A stretch of 64,000 nucleotides of DNA from contig NC_043006.1 of the NCBI RefSeq assembly GCF_006345805.1, forward strand, positions 82,708,001 through 82,772,000, given 5' to 3'. Below the pieces are notes generated by a model, which was not told the origin of the DNA, searched no databases, and saw nothing but the letters and a program-made list of their open reading frames with translations. Numbering within the stretch: position 1 is the stretch's first letter; every line of letters starts with the position of its first letter. The translations under genes and the position numbers were made by a program. Origin of the DNA: Octopus sinensis (Eukaryota). Below are positions 12,883 through 25,478 of the stretch, in pieces.

Positions 12883-13372
12883 AACCTTTGCATTTGATTT
12901 TTTAATGTCTCTACCCTCATACTTTCTTGAGTTGAATTGAGCAAACACTATATGAGAGAGGTTTTCTTTAAGTGTTAGAAATAGTTTTTTTAGCTGCTAT
13001 TTCTAACGAGTTCAGTATGCGGCAAAGTAATTTATTTTACTAAGCCCTTTTATATAATGTAATAATTTGAATTTGCCTTAAATGGTCCCTTTGCATACTG
13101 AATACTTGGTGAAATTGATTAATTAATTAATTAATTTTACCCTCAATTGTTGAAATTATAATTCATCTCTCTCTACTTAATTGTCTCGGATTTTACCGAA
13201 AAAAGCATAGTGTTTGCTGATTTTAACCCACGCTGGTGGAAAGGGGAGAGCAGAAATTTTTCTCTTGCATATTTGAGTTTGTTGGCACTGTTAGTTGGAA
13301 CAGATCTTCAGAAGCGATAACAAGCCGAAAGGTATGCTCCCATTTTCAGTGTTTTCAAATTCAAACAAGGGC

Positions 13373-13432
13373 ATTCTGAGCTGATGAGAGAAGGGTCGAT
13401 TTTGGCTAATCTTGAAACGTACGTACTCAAAT
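13373..13432 (+). ncRNA. Hammerhead ribozyme, array copy 9
   Basis: CTGATGA at 13381, cleavage after 13425. Confidence 0.8.
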
Positions 13433-13744
13433 AACCTTTGCATTTGATTTTTTAATGTCTCTACCCTCATACTTTCTGAGTTGAATTGAGCAAACACTAT
13501 ATGAGAGAGGTTTTCTTTAAGTGTTAGAAATAGTTTTTTTAGCTGCTATTTCTAACGAGTTCAGTATGCGGCAAAGTAATTTATTTTACTAAGCCCTTTT
13601 ATATAATGTAATAATTTGAATTTGCCTTAAATGGTCCCTTTGCATACTGAATACTTGGTGAAATTGATTAATTAATTAATTAATTTTACCCTCAATTGTT
13701 GAAATTATATATATATTTATATATATAATTTATTATATAGAAGG

Positions 13745-13795
13745 AGCTTCTACAGGACTAGAACTGTTTCATTCAAGAGAAATCTTCAGGAAGCT
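13745..13795 (-). ncRNA. Type I hammerhead ribozyme of a different family, at the end of a probable PLE remnant (about 13735-14020)
   Basis: Minus strand: AGCTTC-CTGAAGA-T-TTC(tctt)GAA-T-GAAA-CAG(ttctagtc)CTG-TA/GAAGCT. Perfect 6-bp stem I, 4-bp stem III, GUA site, and a U-U pair at the foot of stem II. Confidence 0.78.
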
Positions 13796-14024
13796 AGTTA
13801 ACAAGAATTGTATTGGCATTTATACATTTAGGCATGTTTAAAGGGGTGTTGGTGGGGGACTTTTTGGGGTTAGGCATAGCGCAAAATATCATACTTGGGG
13901 GAGTGGTCAAGGAGTCAGTGTTAAATTAGATAGAAGAATAAATAAAAAAAATAAAAAAATAAAAAAATATATAAAATATTAAAAAAAAAGGTAATAGAGT
14001 TTTAGGTAAATAAGGAGATTCTCA

Positions 14025-14377
14025 CTTATACCTATGCACATATGTATACATATATACACACACACACAAACGTACATACATATACATACACACATACGTA
14101 CACACACACATAATATACATATATACACTTACACATACATATCCATATCTACAATACACATATATGTATACATACACACATTCACATGCATACACGTATA
14201 CACACATGTATATATACACACACGACCACACATACATATACACACAGAAAATATATATACACATAAACACACATACTCCATACACGCATACACACACATA
14301 TCCACACACACACATGCACACACAGCACACTAGTCCCTATATACACATACACACACACATATACACACCACATACAT

Positions 14378-14443
<66 letters not shown>

Positions 14444-14899
14444 GTGTACCTATGCATACCTACACATACACACATATATACACATACAAATACAGACCCA
14501 TTCCCTAATTTTAATTTTATTATCTTCATTTATTACTTTTGTTATCTTTGATCGCTGGTCACAAACATCTTGGCTATGACAGCCGGTCCATTTATCTGTC
14601 TACTGGAAAAACAAGCACTCATTTACTCACGCACACTCTTTAGCACGTACACTCACTCATTCGTACACTCATACACAACCCACGCACGCACGCGTTATAT
14701 TCATACATACATACATCTACATACATTCACGTATGTACACATACGTACGCGTACCTACAGATTCATGTCTACACTCTTAGAAGGCTAGTCTATACATATA
14801 CACCAATAAATATAAATACACACACATACATATACACCTACATACAAATACATACATGTATATATATATATATATATACATACACACCCACATATATAT

Positions 14900-14942
<43 letters not shown>

Positions 14943-15158
14943 TACATACATACATATATATACATATACACACATACACATACATACATATACACACATA
15001 CACATACATACGTATACATACATACATACATCCATACATACATTTATACACATACACACACCCACACGTATACATATACGTACATATATATACGCGCATG
15101 CATACACATACAAATACATACACATACGCAATACATATACATACATACACATACACAC

Positions 15159-15218
<60 letters not shown>

Positions 15219-15521
15219 CACACACATACATACATATACAAATATACGCACACACATACATATATACTCAATACATACACGCACATACACATGTACATGC
15301 GTACCATACACACACACAAACACGCGCATCCATATTACACATAAGTACACACATGCGTAAAAGTATACATATATCTATGCTTACACATACACACACACAC
15401 ACTTGCCTCCTTATATTCATACTTACATGCATACTCAAAAAATAAATAATAAATATTAAGTATATGTACGTGCAGTTACCTATTATATAGACGGATACAT
15501 ACATATAAACTTACACACAAT

Positions 15522-15563
<42 letters not shown>

Positions 15564-15786
15564 CATATATACACACATATATATACATATACATATATAT
15601 ATATATACACACACACATATACACACATATATATATATACATACCTACACACATGTACAAATACATACACACATAGATAACTCTACGTACCTACATATAC
15701 ATAAACACACGGGCGTACACGTATATGTACATATACACATACACATACACACGCATATATATACATACATACATACACATACACAC

Positions 15787-15821
<35 letters not shown>

Positions 15822-16136
15822 CATATACATATACATATATATATATAATATATATATATATATATACATATACACACACACATATACATGTGTGCAAGCA
15901 TACATACATACTCATACACGCACACACACTTACATATACATATATACATTAATTTTACTCTACTATGTATTGAGTACCTTATTTACTTGGTTACCCCGAA
16001 TCAACCCGGGACCTACATATTTATATATAATATATATATAATATAATATATATTAATTTATATATTTATATATTTATATATATATAATATATATATATTA
16101 TATATATATTATATATATATATATTTATATAGTATA

Positions 16137-16175
<39 letters not shown>
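14025..16175. repeat. Compound (CA)n/(TA)n/(TACA)n low-complexity tract
   Basis: Seen directly; it is the source of the many YI/HT/CV pseudo-ORFs. Confidence 0.92.
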
Positions 16176-16176
<1 letters not shown>

Positions 16177-16179
<3 letters not shown>

Positions 16180-17055
16180 TTAAATCCTTAAAAATGTTTT
16201 AGCCCGAAGGCCGCGGCCATGCTGGGGCACCACTGCTGAATGAGCTACACTAGTTTGTGAATCCACCTCTGATACGTGCACTTGATCAAAAGGGAGTTCG
16301 ATGCTGCTGCCCGCATCCGTGTCTCCTGTCGTGAGGTAGGTTCATCTGGGACTCCCAACAAGAAGAGATCCAGTTTAGTTTTAAAGAAACCCACATCCAC
16401 ACCATGTAAGTCTCTCAGGCATTTAGGGAGGATGTTAAAGAGCTGTGGTCCTCTGAAACCCAAGCTGTTGCAGTATCTGGACCTGTATTTTGATGGTGAT
16501 GTTGGAATCCTTGGCACCACGCAGCGGCGCCCCGTTCTGCAGTTGGAGTAACTTTGAATGCCAAAGTTTGGGACAAGACCCTCCAGGATTTTCCAGATGT
16601 ATATCACTGCATATCTCTCCCGCTTCCGCTCCAGGGAGAAGAGGTTTAATACCTTCAGTCTTTCCCAGTAGCTGACATTTTGCATTGAGACGATTTTCTT
16701 TGTGTAGCTTCTCTGAGTTGCTTCGAGTTCTGCTGTTTGTTTTATATTGTGTGGTGACCAAAGTTGGGAGCAGTAGTCCAAGCGGCTGAGGACAAATGTT
16801 TTCCATAGGACCATCAGTGTCTCCTTCTCTCTTGTTCTGAAAGTTCGGAGAATCCATCCAGCTAGCCGTCTGCATTTTATCACCAGATTAGCAATATGCA
16901 TTTGGAAAGATGCATCATTGCTCATGTCAATGCCCAGGTCACGCACTGATTTTGACTCAGGGATTGCAATTCTTCCTGGGCCAGTGTATCCAGTCTTCAC
17001 GTCATTTACCTTTGTGTGCCAGTAGCGCAGGGCCTGGAACTTACCTGCATTAAAC

Positions 17056-17058
<3 letters not shown>
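16177..17058 (-). mobile_element. 5'-truncated CR1/L2-group LINE 3' fragment
   Basis: ORF 16245-17060 (MQFNAGKFQ...VRDLGI...RLDYCSQLWSP...LERKRER...FKTKLDLFL) with a TTTAAGGA tail. Embedded in (TA)n. Confidence 0.9.
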
Positions 17059-17117
<59 letters not shown>

Positions 17118-17134
17118 TTATATATATATACATT

Positions 17135-17165
<31 letters not shown>

Positions 17166-17201
17166 ATTTATATATATTATATATATTATATATTTATATA
17201 C

Positions 17202-17344
<143 letters not shown>

Positions 17345-17391
17345 TATATATATATATATGTTATATATATATATATTATATATATATATAT

Positions 17392-18373
17392 TAAGCAATA
17401 AAGGGTTTAGCAACGAATTGCCTTACCACATACCGAATTTAGAAATACCAGTCAAAGAGTTATAGCTATTTCTTCTACTAAAAAGGGAGATCTCAGTAAA
17501 AACAGCAATTGGAAGGCAGACACAAACAGGTAAGAGAGAATGAATTGACGGCAATCTATCATACATTTTAAAGTTATCTACGGACGTACGTTTCGAAATC
17601 AAGTTTTTAGGAAAGCATAAGAATTAAATATTAAATATTAAATAATTCTATCTTACGATTGTGTCACCAGCCCCTTCCCACCCGCGTGTAGCCAAAACAA
17701 GATGCCGAAGACTACTTGGTGTAATTGATAATTATTCCAAATTAATTAATTTCACCCTTCATTATTACGGATAACCATATTTTATCTCAGTAGATGACCA
17801 CAGCATCTTGTTTTGGCTACACGCGGGTGGGAAGGGGCTGGTGACACAATCGTTTCATTCACATATTGAATTCGGTGATACTAGTTGCGGATTCTAGCTC
17901 GCTCTGATACTGAGTTGAGTTGGTGCCTTCTAGTATCTCAAAATTCAATATATAATCATTTATGATTATAGTATTCTACGCTGAAGAGAAAAGAAGTTTC
18001 GGTAAGATAGAATTATTTAATATTTAATATTTAATTCTTATGCTTTCCTAAAAACTTGATTTCGAAACGTACGTCCGTAGATAACTTAAAAATGTATGAT
18101 AGATTGCCGTCAATTCATTCTCTCTTACCTGTTTGTGTCTGCCTTCCAATTGCTGTTTTTACTGAGATCTCCTTTTTAGTAGAAGAAATAGCTATAACTC
18201 TTTGACTGGTATTTCTAAATTCGGTATGTGGTAAGGCAATTCGTTGCTAAACCCTTTATTGCTTAGTATTACTTAAATTTTCCTCGAATGAGGCTTTTAC
18301 ATGCCGAAGACTACTTGGTGTAATTGATAATTATTCCAAATTAATTAATTTCACCCTTCATTATTACGGATAT
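17392..18373. mobile_element. PLE-type terminal-repeat remnant with nested inverted and direct repeats
   Basis: Outer inverted repeats 17392-17656/18002-18265, inner inverted repeats 17656-17705/17803-17852, direct repeats 17702-17773/18301-18372. Contains a hammerhead and partly resembles the 549-bp unit. Confidence 0.8.
17975..18081 (+). ncRNA. Type I hammerhead ribozyme with a long stem II insertion
   Basis: TCTACG/CGTAGA stem I (6 bp), CTGAAGA, GAAA/TTTC stem II closing about 68 nt, then GAAA-C-GTAC-G-TC. GUC cleavage after 18075. Confidence 0.78.
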
Positions 18374-18376
18374 ATA

Positions 18377-18444
<68 letters not shown>

Positions 18445-18520
18445 TATATGTTTATATATGTTTATATATATATATATATATATATATTATATTTATATAT
18501 ATAATATATATATATATATA

Positions 18521-18564
<44 letters not shown>

Positions 18565-18780
18565 ATATTATATATATATATATTATATAATATATATAAT
18601 ATATATATAATATATATATTTATAACGATAAAAATTCGCAACACACACGCACACACACACATACACACATATATATATATACATAACTATCAATAATACA
18701 GTGATTGTTTCTTATCAGGAATAAAATGTTTAATAGGACTGCTATAGAAGTTCTCAATTAAATGAGACAAATATATTAAA

Positions 18781-18916
18781 CTACGGTTGCAGAACAAACA
18801 AATACAAGATGTATACATGTATATTCTATGTGAAAGAAAAAGCATTATGTGATTAAATGTTCGAGATATGAAATGTTACGTGGATGACCTAGTATTTGTT
18901 TGTTCTGCAACCATAG
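18781..18916. repeat. Small MITE-like element or hairpin with 25-bp terminal inverted repeats
   Basis: CTACGGTTGCAGAACAAACAAATAC (18781-18805) versus 18892-18916, one mismatch. Confidence 0.6.
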
Positions 18917-19078
18917 TGTAACTTATTCACAAAACTGCATTGAGATCGTAAAATCCAGCAGACCGTATCAATGTTATAAATCTTAGTACTTGCCCGATCT
19001 TAAAATGTCTACATTTAGAAAAGACAGTTTATATTAAAAAGAAACAAATTAATTCAGTTCAATTAAGAAGCATGAGTA

Positions 19079-19156
<78 letters not shown>

Positions 19157-19398
19157 GAGTGTATTTTACCTTGTTAACAATTAACAATATATATATATAT
19201 ACGTACAGGCTTCTTTCAATTTCTGCTATGAAATATATTTGTATGTAAGGATATATGTGAGTGTGTAAGAATGGACATAATATTTTTATTTTTAAATTTA
19301 GATTTTTATTTTATTTTTTCCATTTTCTTTCTCATTCTAAGGGACACCCATTATATCCACAATAAGTTCCTCCGTATACATACATACATATATATATA

Positions 19399-19439
<41 letters not shown>

Positions 19440-19484
19440 TGTGTGTGTGTGTGTGTATTTATATGTATATATTTGCATGTAAGG

Positions 19485-19526
<42 letters not shown>

Positions 19527-19765
19527 ATAGCAACACGTCTACTATTGAAAAACAAATCCTCTTTTTCCTTCTCCCTTTCTATTTCTTACAAAGCTCATTT
19601 AAAAAGTACAAAAGGACACAAAAGGAAAAGACCCACATTTTTAACCCCCCCCCCCAATATTCTCTCCCTTTCATCTCCTCCATCCCTCAATTTCTACCAC
19701 GCAATGGGACGGAACCTAAAACATGTGCTGGGAAGCACACTTACACACAGCCACGTCTGCGACTA

Positions 19766-19851
<86 letters not shown>

Positions 19852-19883
19852 TTTGTGTGTGTGTGCCTATTTAAATATACTAC

Positions 19884-20017
19884 GGGCTTTTTTCAGTTTC
19901 TGTCAAGACCTTTGTCGGCCCAAGTCTATAGCTGAAGACACTTGCCCAAGGTGCCACGCAGTGGGACTGAACCCTGAAACATGTGGTTGGGAAGTAAGTT
20001 TCGTACCACTCATCCAC
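19884..20017 (-). mobile_element. tRNA-derived SINE fragment
   Basis: GAAGACACTTGCCCAAGGTGCCACGCAGTGGGACTGAACC core; same family as 54121. Confidence 0.75.
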
Positions 20018-20026
20018 GTCTGCGAC

Positions 20027-20059
<33 letters not shown>

Positions 20060-20213
20060 ATGTGCGTGCGTGTGTTTATGTGTGTACACTGATGGATTCG
20101 AGGGTTTCGTTTAATTAAAAGTTGATTTCTTAATTTCTCCGGAGTATAAATACCTATAATAGCCATACTTAAAAAGAAACAAATTAATTCAGTTCAATTA
20201 AGAAGCATGAGTA

Positions 20214-20279
<66 letters not shown>

Positions 20280-20515
20280 GAGTGTATTTTACCTTGTTAA
20301 CAATTAACAATATATATATATACGTACAGGCTTCTTTCAATTTCTGCTATGAAATATATTTGTATGTAAGGATATATGTGAGTGTGTAAGAAATGGACAT
20401 AATATTTTTATTTTTAAATTTAGATTTTTATTTTATTTTTTCCATTTTCTTTCTCATTCTAAGGGACACCCATTATATCCACAATAAGTTCCTCCGTATA
20501 CATACATACATATAT

Positions 20516-20552
<37 letters not shown>

Positions 20553-20599
20553 GAGTGTGTGTGGTGTGTGTATTTATATGTATATATTTGCATGTAAGG

Positions 20600-20641
<42 letters not shown>

Positions 20642-20932
20642 ATAGCAACACGTCTACTATTGAAAAACAAATCCTCTTTTTCCTTCTCCCTTTCTATTTC
20701 TTACAAAGCTCATTTAAAAAGTACAAAAGGACACAAAAGGAAAAGACCCACATTTTTAACCCCCCCCCCCAATATTCTCTCCCTTTCATCTCCTCCATCC
20801 CTCAATTTCTACCACGCAATGGGACGGAACCTAAAACATGTGCTGGGAAGCACACTTACACACAGCCACGTCTGCGACTATGTGTGTGTGTGTGTGTGTG
20901 TGCGTGTGTGTGTGTGTTTGTGTGTGTGTGTT

Positions 20933-20975
<43 letters not shown>

Positions 20976-20992
20976 CTATTTAAATATACTAC

Positions 20993-21126
20993 GGGCTTTT
21001 TTCAGTTTCTGTCAAGACCTTTGTCGGCCCAAGTCTATAGCTGAAGACACTTGCCCAAGGTGCCACGCAGTGGGACTGAACCCTGAAACATGTGGTTGGG
21101 AAGTAAGTTTCGTACCACTCATCCAC
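20993..21126 (-). mobile_element. tRNA-derived SINE fragment (duplicate)
   Basis: Copy of 19884-20017 within the tandem duplication. Confidence 0.75.
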
Positions 21127-21135
21127 GTCTGCGAC

Positions 21136-21168
<33 letters not shown>

Positions 21169-21499
21169 GTATGTGCGTGCGTGTGTTTATGTGTGTACAC
21201 TGATGGATTCGAGGGTTTCGTTTAATTAAAAGTTGATTTCTTAATTTCTCCGGAGTATAAATACCTATAATAGCCATACTTAAAAAGAAACAAATTAATT
21301 CAGTTCAATTAAGAAGCATGAGTAAACAACATATTGTAAGCCACATTATAAATTGCGAAAATGTTTATTTGCGCCCTGCCGATGTCATTTTTTTTTTCAT
21401 TGTTTCATTTAAAAAATATGTTATTACCTCTCTTAGACTTCAGATGTTTTCATTTCAAACTATTTTCTAGGGCTTCGAAACTACTACCGTAGCCCTCCA

Positions 21500-22480
21500 A
21501 AATATTGCTGTTTTTGTATACCTCTTTTATTTTTTAAAATTTAGGATGAACAAAGTTCTTTTTAAATCGAAAATATATTGTCCTTCATTTTCTATAATGC
21601 CCTTCCATCTAGCTGGTAGACTTGTAAAGCCCCTCTTCTAAAATTCGCTTGTCCGTGACCAAAACTACCCCTCCAATACTATTCTGACCTCCTCTACAGA
21701 ATTCATATTTTTCCGTCCAAATGAAATAGAAGACTGCGGAATAGATGATAATTAGATGATAATTAGATGATAATTAGATGATAAATAAATGATAATTAGA
21801 TGATAATTAGATGGGGCAATGTCCGGCGAATGTGGTGGGTGGGGCAGCGTTTCCCATTGAAACTGCTTCAACTTTTGGATTGTCATACTCGCGGTATGTG
21901 GCTGAGCATTATCCTGATGGAAGAACACCTTTTGTCTTGAAACCATCTGGTTTCAAGACGAAAAAAGATGGTTTCAAAATGAAAAAAGATGGTCGTTTTC
22001 TTCTTGAGTTGACTTGAATGACTAGTTAAATGATCAAATCCAAGGTTCTCCACCAGTTTCTCAACAGTTACGACGGGATTTTGTTCCACCAGGATTTGAA
22101 AGATGTCCTCGATGAGGCTCATCTTCTAGGCTGTAGTTTCCGGTTCAGAATTTTTGGAACCACCGTTGACAATGGCTTACGCTTATTGTCTGATCCCCAT
22201 ATACTGCATTAATAGTCTTCGCACTTTCCGTTGCGTTGTTGCCTTTATTGAACTCAAAAAGCAAAATATGCCTACTATGCTCCTTTGGCACTTCCATTAT
22301 TGCTTTGAAAAAATAACTCTTTAAAATCGAACTGCACTGATCAAAACTTCCACTAAGAATAAGGACAAGGTAAAATTACTGCCTGCTTTTATAACAAGTT
22401 GATGCAGATAGTTTATCACGTCCGACTTTTAGTTCATGCAATTGAAAAAACTGCATTATTTAAGGGATGAATCAATATAT
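21500..22480 (-). mobile_element. Internally deleted mariner transposon
   Basis: N-terminus MEVPKEHSRHILLFEFNKG from 22297 and catalytic region HQDNAQPH...HPPHSPDIAPSNYHL. An 11-mer tandem expansion (GATAATTAGAT) lies at about 21744-21812. Confidence 0.85.
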
Positions 22481-22520
<40 letters not shown>

Positions 22521-23073
22521 ACGAATCAAATATTAAAAAAACTATTTCAAATCGTTGTTAGAGTATCCGCATAAGTGAAGTCAAGACCGGTTAGTTAGTA
22601 TTGGCATCGCATCGTATTAGTAGTAATAATGAAGTTAAAGTAAATAGGGATATTTTGAAATCATTTAATACGAACGTTTCATGTTTGCGTAATACAGAAT
22701 AGGAAATGCATCCTTTACGTAAACCTTCCTTAGTTGAAGCATTAAAAATGTGAAGAAATTCAAGGAAAATTTCAACATATATAGGAGAGTATTGTAGTTC
22801 GCTTGAAACATTGTGTATTGATTGTAAAGGATAAAATGTTTTGAATGGTACAACAATGCACTATAATACAAACAATGGGCTATATACCTGTTGTAATTTA
22901 GTCATCTATAGTCTGATTATATTTCAGAATAAAATTCCTTCTTCATATATTCTCTATATATGAGTTGCTGCTATAATCGGTTTGCCAACGGCTTTTCTTT
23001 TTTTTTCTCTTTGATATACATGTGATTAGAGCTAAGATAGGAAGGTATATATGTATACAGAGAGGAAGAATGG

Positions 23074-23116
<43 letters not shown>

Positions 23117-23299
23117 AGAGAGAAATAAAGACAGAAAGAAAGAAAGAGAAAATGGAAGAGAAGGACGTATATAGTGAGATGGTAGGAAGTGGGAAAATAT
23201 GCAGGAGTGAAGTGTATTGAAAGAAAATGGTTAGTTTTGTTGGTTCGCATAGACATCTTTGTAAACTCAGTTGCCTATTATACTTCCTCAGCCGCCTAT

Positions 23300-24040
23300 T
23301 GTAGCCTCTAGACAGAATAAAATGTGAGAGAACAATTAACCTCTACTTCTGACTCCACGAAAACTAACATTGGAGTTTCTGCACGCTGTACCTTGAAAAA
23401 CAGCCGCAAGAGAGTTAAGTCCTATTCATTGTGCAACAACATGAGTCAAGTGAATTTCATTCGGACGTTTAGAGATTCCCATTTGTTGTACGCAGCAGAA
23501 TGCATGAAACAAAACTTGATTTATGTTGGTTGTACAACAGAAAAATTAAACAAAAGATTCAATGAGCATAGATATGATGTGGGGCACAATAACAGTAGTT
23601 TGACTGAACTTGTCGAACATTTTGCATTAAACGGCTGAAATTTTGTAAAAAGCTTGAAAGTGCATATTCTCAGAAAATATTCCGAATCTGCTATACTTTC
23701 AGTATTCAAAATGCATGAGGAGAAATATGTTTGATGGCTTAATATCATGCCCTAGGGGAATAAATACAACGACTGGAGAATTTCATATTTACACAAAACT
23801 GTTCGATTAAATATTCTTTTTTCTTTTCTTTTTTCTTCTTTTTCTTTCTTTTTCTTTTTGCCAGTTGTAACTTGAAATTTGAAGACTGATGATGTCATTC
23901 CATCAACGTGGTGACCGTGTTGCCCTCGTTCATATGTTGGATTTGAATTTCTATACTTTTGAATTTTTTTGTATCACTTTTCATTTTGAACTTGACGAAG
24001 ACAGGCTAGCTCTCGAAATATCGTTCAACCAAAAGAATAT
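23300..24040 (+). mobile_element. PLE 3' fragment (GIY-YIG remnant) ending in a degenerate hammerhead
   Basis: NLIYVGCTTEKLNKRFNEHR...LVEHF at 23324-23760. Hammerhead-like motif 23986-24028 has TTGAAC/GTTCAA stem I, core TTGACGA and GAAA-TA-TC. Confidence 0.7.
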
Positions 24041-24135
24041 CTATTGCAATCGCATCGCGCTCTTCGTATGGTCCAATAATAATAATAATGATAACAATAA
24101 TAATGATGATGATGATGATGATCATGATGATGGCA

Positions 24136-25097
24136 GACATTGAACGACTATACCTGCTAGGAAAAGAGGGTGATCGTGTACTCTTACAAATGAAATTGAC
24201 AATGAAGATTGCCACAATTGGCCTACACACTTACCTGAAAAACTTTGATGACTGGATGTTAAAAAACTTGTCTTTGAAGCATGAAAACAAGAAAACGTCA
24301 TACTCTGAGTGATTTCCAAATATAACAAATCCCAGAATCAAACGTACTGGAAACAAGCACAGAAAAAGCTAAGCGTGTGAAAACCCTTGCTAAAATTGCT
24401 GCTTTAAAAATTCTTACTGATAAATGGCAAGTAAAATCTCTCAGTAGGAAATACCCAAAGAGAGATAATAACGCTGATGCTGACAAAACCATTGCCTATC
24501 AATGGTTAGTGTATTATGACTTAAAAGCAGAGACAGAAGGGTTTATCATAGCAGCCCAAGATCAATGCCTACCTATAAGAAGCTACCAGGCCAACATCTT
24601 AAAGAGCGCCAGCGGCCCAACATGTCGTGTATGTGAACAACAAAATGAAACCATCGATCATGTTGTTTCCATGTTCAGCCTTCCTGCTCCTACAGAGTAT
24701 CTCAACAGGCATGATAGAGCAGCACAGTATATTAAATAGGTAATTTGTAAAGACTTGGATGTGACTCTTGATAAAAACTAGTAGGAATACAAACCATCTC
24801 CAGTGCTTGAAAATAGTCGCATCACACTTCTTTAGAATTTTACTGTTCAAACTGATAGAATGATAGATGCAAATAGGTCAGACATTATATTGGAAAACTT
24901 CAGACTAAAATCATGTTTTCTCATCGATATGGCTGTCCCAATCGACATAAAAATTAGCAAAATGTGGAACTTCAAAATTAAAACAATACCTGTTGTCATA
25001 GGTGCCCTAGGAATGATAGCAAAAGGGGTTGATTGCTACCTGTCCCAGATATCAGGAAATCTAAAAATGGAAGAAATTAAAAAAATAGTGCTCTGAT
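24136..25097 (+). mobile_element. Degenerate R4/Dong-type RLE LINE 3' fragment
   Basis: DIERLYL, LKAETEGFIIAAQDQ, CRVC...ETIDHVVS, RHD, and RSDIIL...LIDMAVP (restriction-like endonuclease). Starts in an (AAT/GAT)n tract. Confidence 0.85.
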
Positions 25098-25260
25098 GAG
25101 ACTTGGAGTCAACTTGTACAATTACAAAGCAAAAGCCAAACATATAATAATAATAACTAGCTGGACCCGTGAAAAATTCACGGAAAATATAAAAAAATGT
25201 AAGCATCTGTAAATTGTGTGCTGGTGCCATGAGAAATGTTTCTATATTGTGACAGTTAAA

Positions 25261-25478
25261 GGCAGCAAGCTGGCAGAATCGTTAGCACGCCGGGCGAAAT
25301 CCTTAGTGGCATTTCGTCTCTCTTAACATTCTGAGTTCAAATTCTGCCGAGGTCGACTTTACTTTCGTCCTTTCGAGGTCGATAAATTAAGTACCAGTTG
25401 CGTACTGGGGTTGATCTAATCGACTGTCCCTCTCCCTAACAAAATTTCAGGACCTGTGTCTATAGTAGAAAAGTATAT
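25261..25478 (+). mobile_element. SINE (Octopus-type, GCTGGCAGAATCGTTAGCACGCCGGGCGAAAT head)
   Basis: Same family as the minus-strand copy at 34411-34914. Confidence 0.8.

Larger units (their letters stand above)
8849..13709 (+). repeat. Head-to-tail array of about 8.9 x 547-550 bp units, each with a hammerhead ribozyme (retrozyme/PLE-type satellite)
   Basis: Predicted cleavage sites at 9033, 9582, 10131, 10681, 11230, 11779, 12328, 12875 and 13425. Copies differ mostly by 1-nt homopolymer indels. Flanked by (TA)n. Confidence 0.95.
19034..21333. repeat. Tandem duplication of a ~1.1-kb block (two full copies plus 54 bp)
   Basis: The unit start TTAAAAAGAAACAAATTAATTCAG occurs at 19034, 20169 and 21280. 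Copies differ mainly in microsatellite length. Confidence 0.93.

Noticed and set aside
9333-13497. Repeated 60-107 aa ORFs in the array (e.g. MLNSTQESMRVETLK..., MERGEQKFFSC...)
   Set aside because: No recognisable domain, broken by indels in several copies, and present on both strands. They recur only because the DNA unit repeats.
8849-13709. CRISPR-like or rDNA-like interpretation of the array
   Set aside because: There are no variable spacers and no rRNA similarity; whole units are near-identical.
25261-25340. SINE heads as tRNA genes
   Set aside because: No complete cloverleaf; the sequence continues into SINE bodies found elsewhere in the window.
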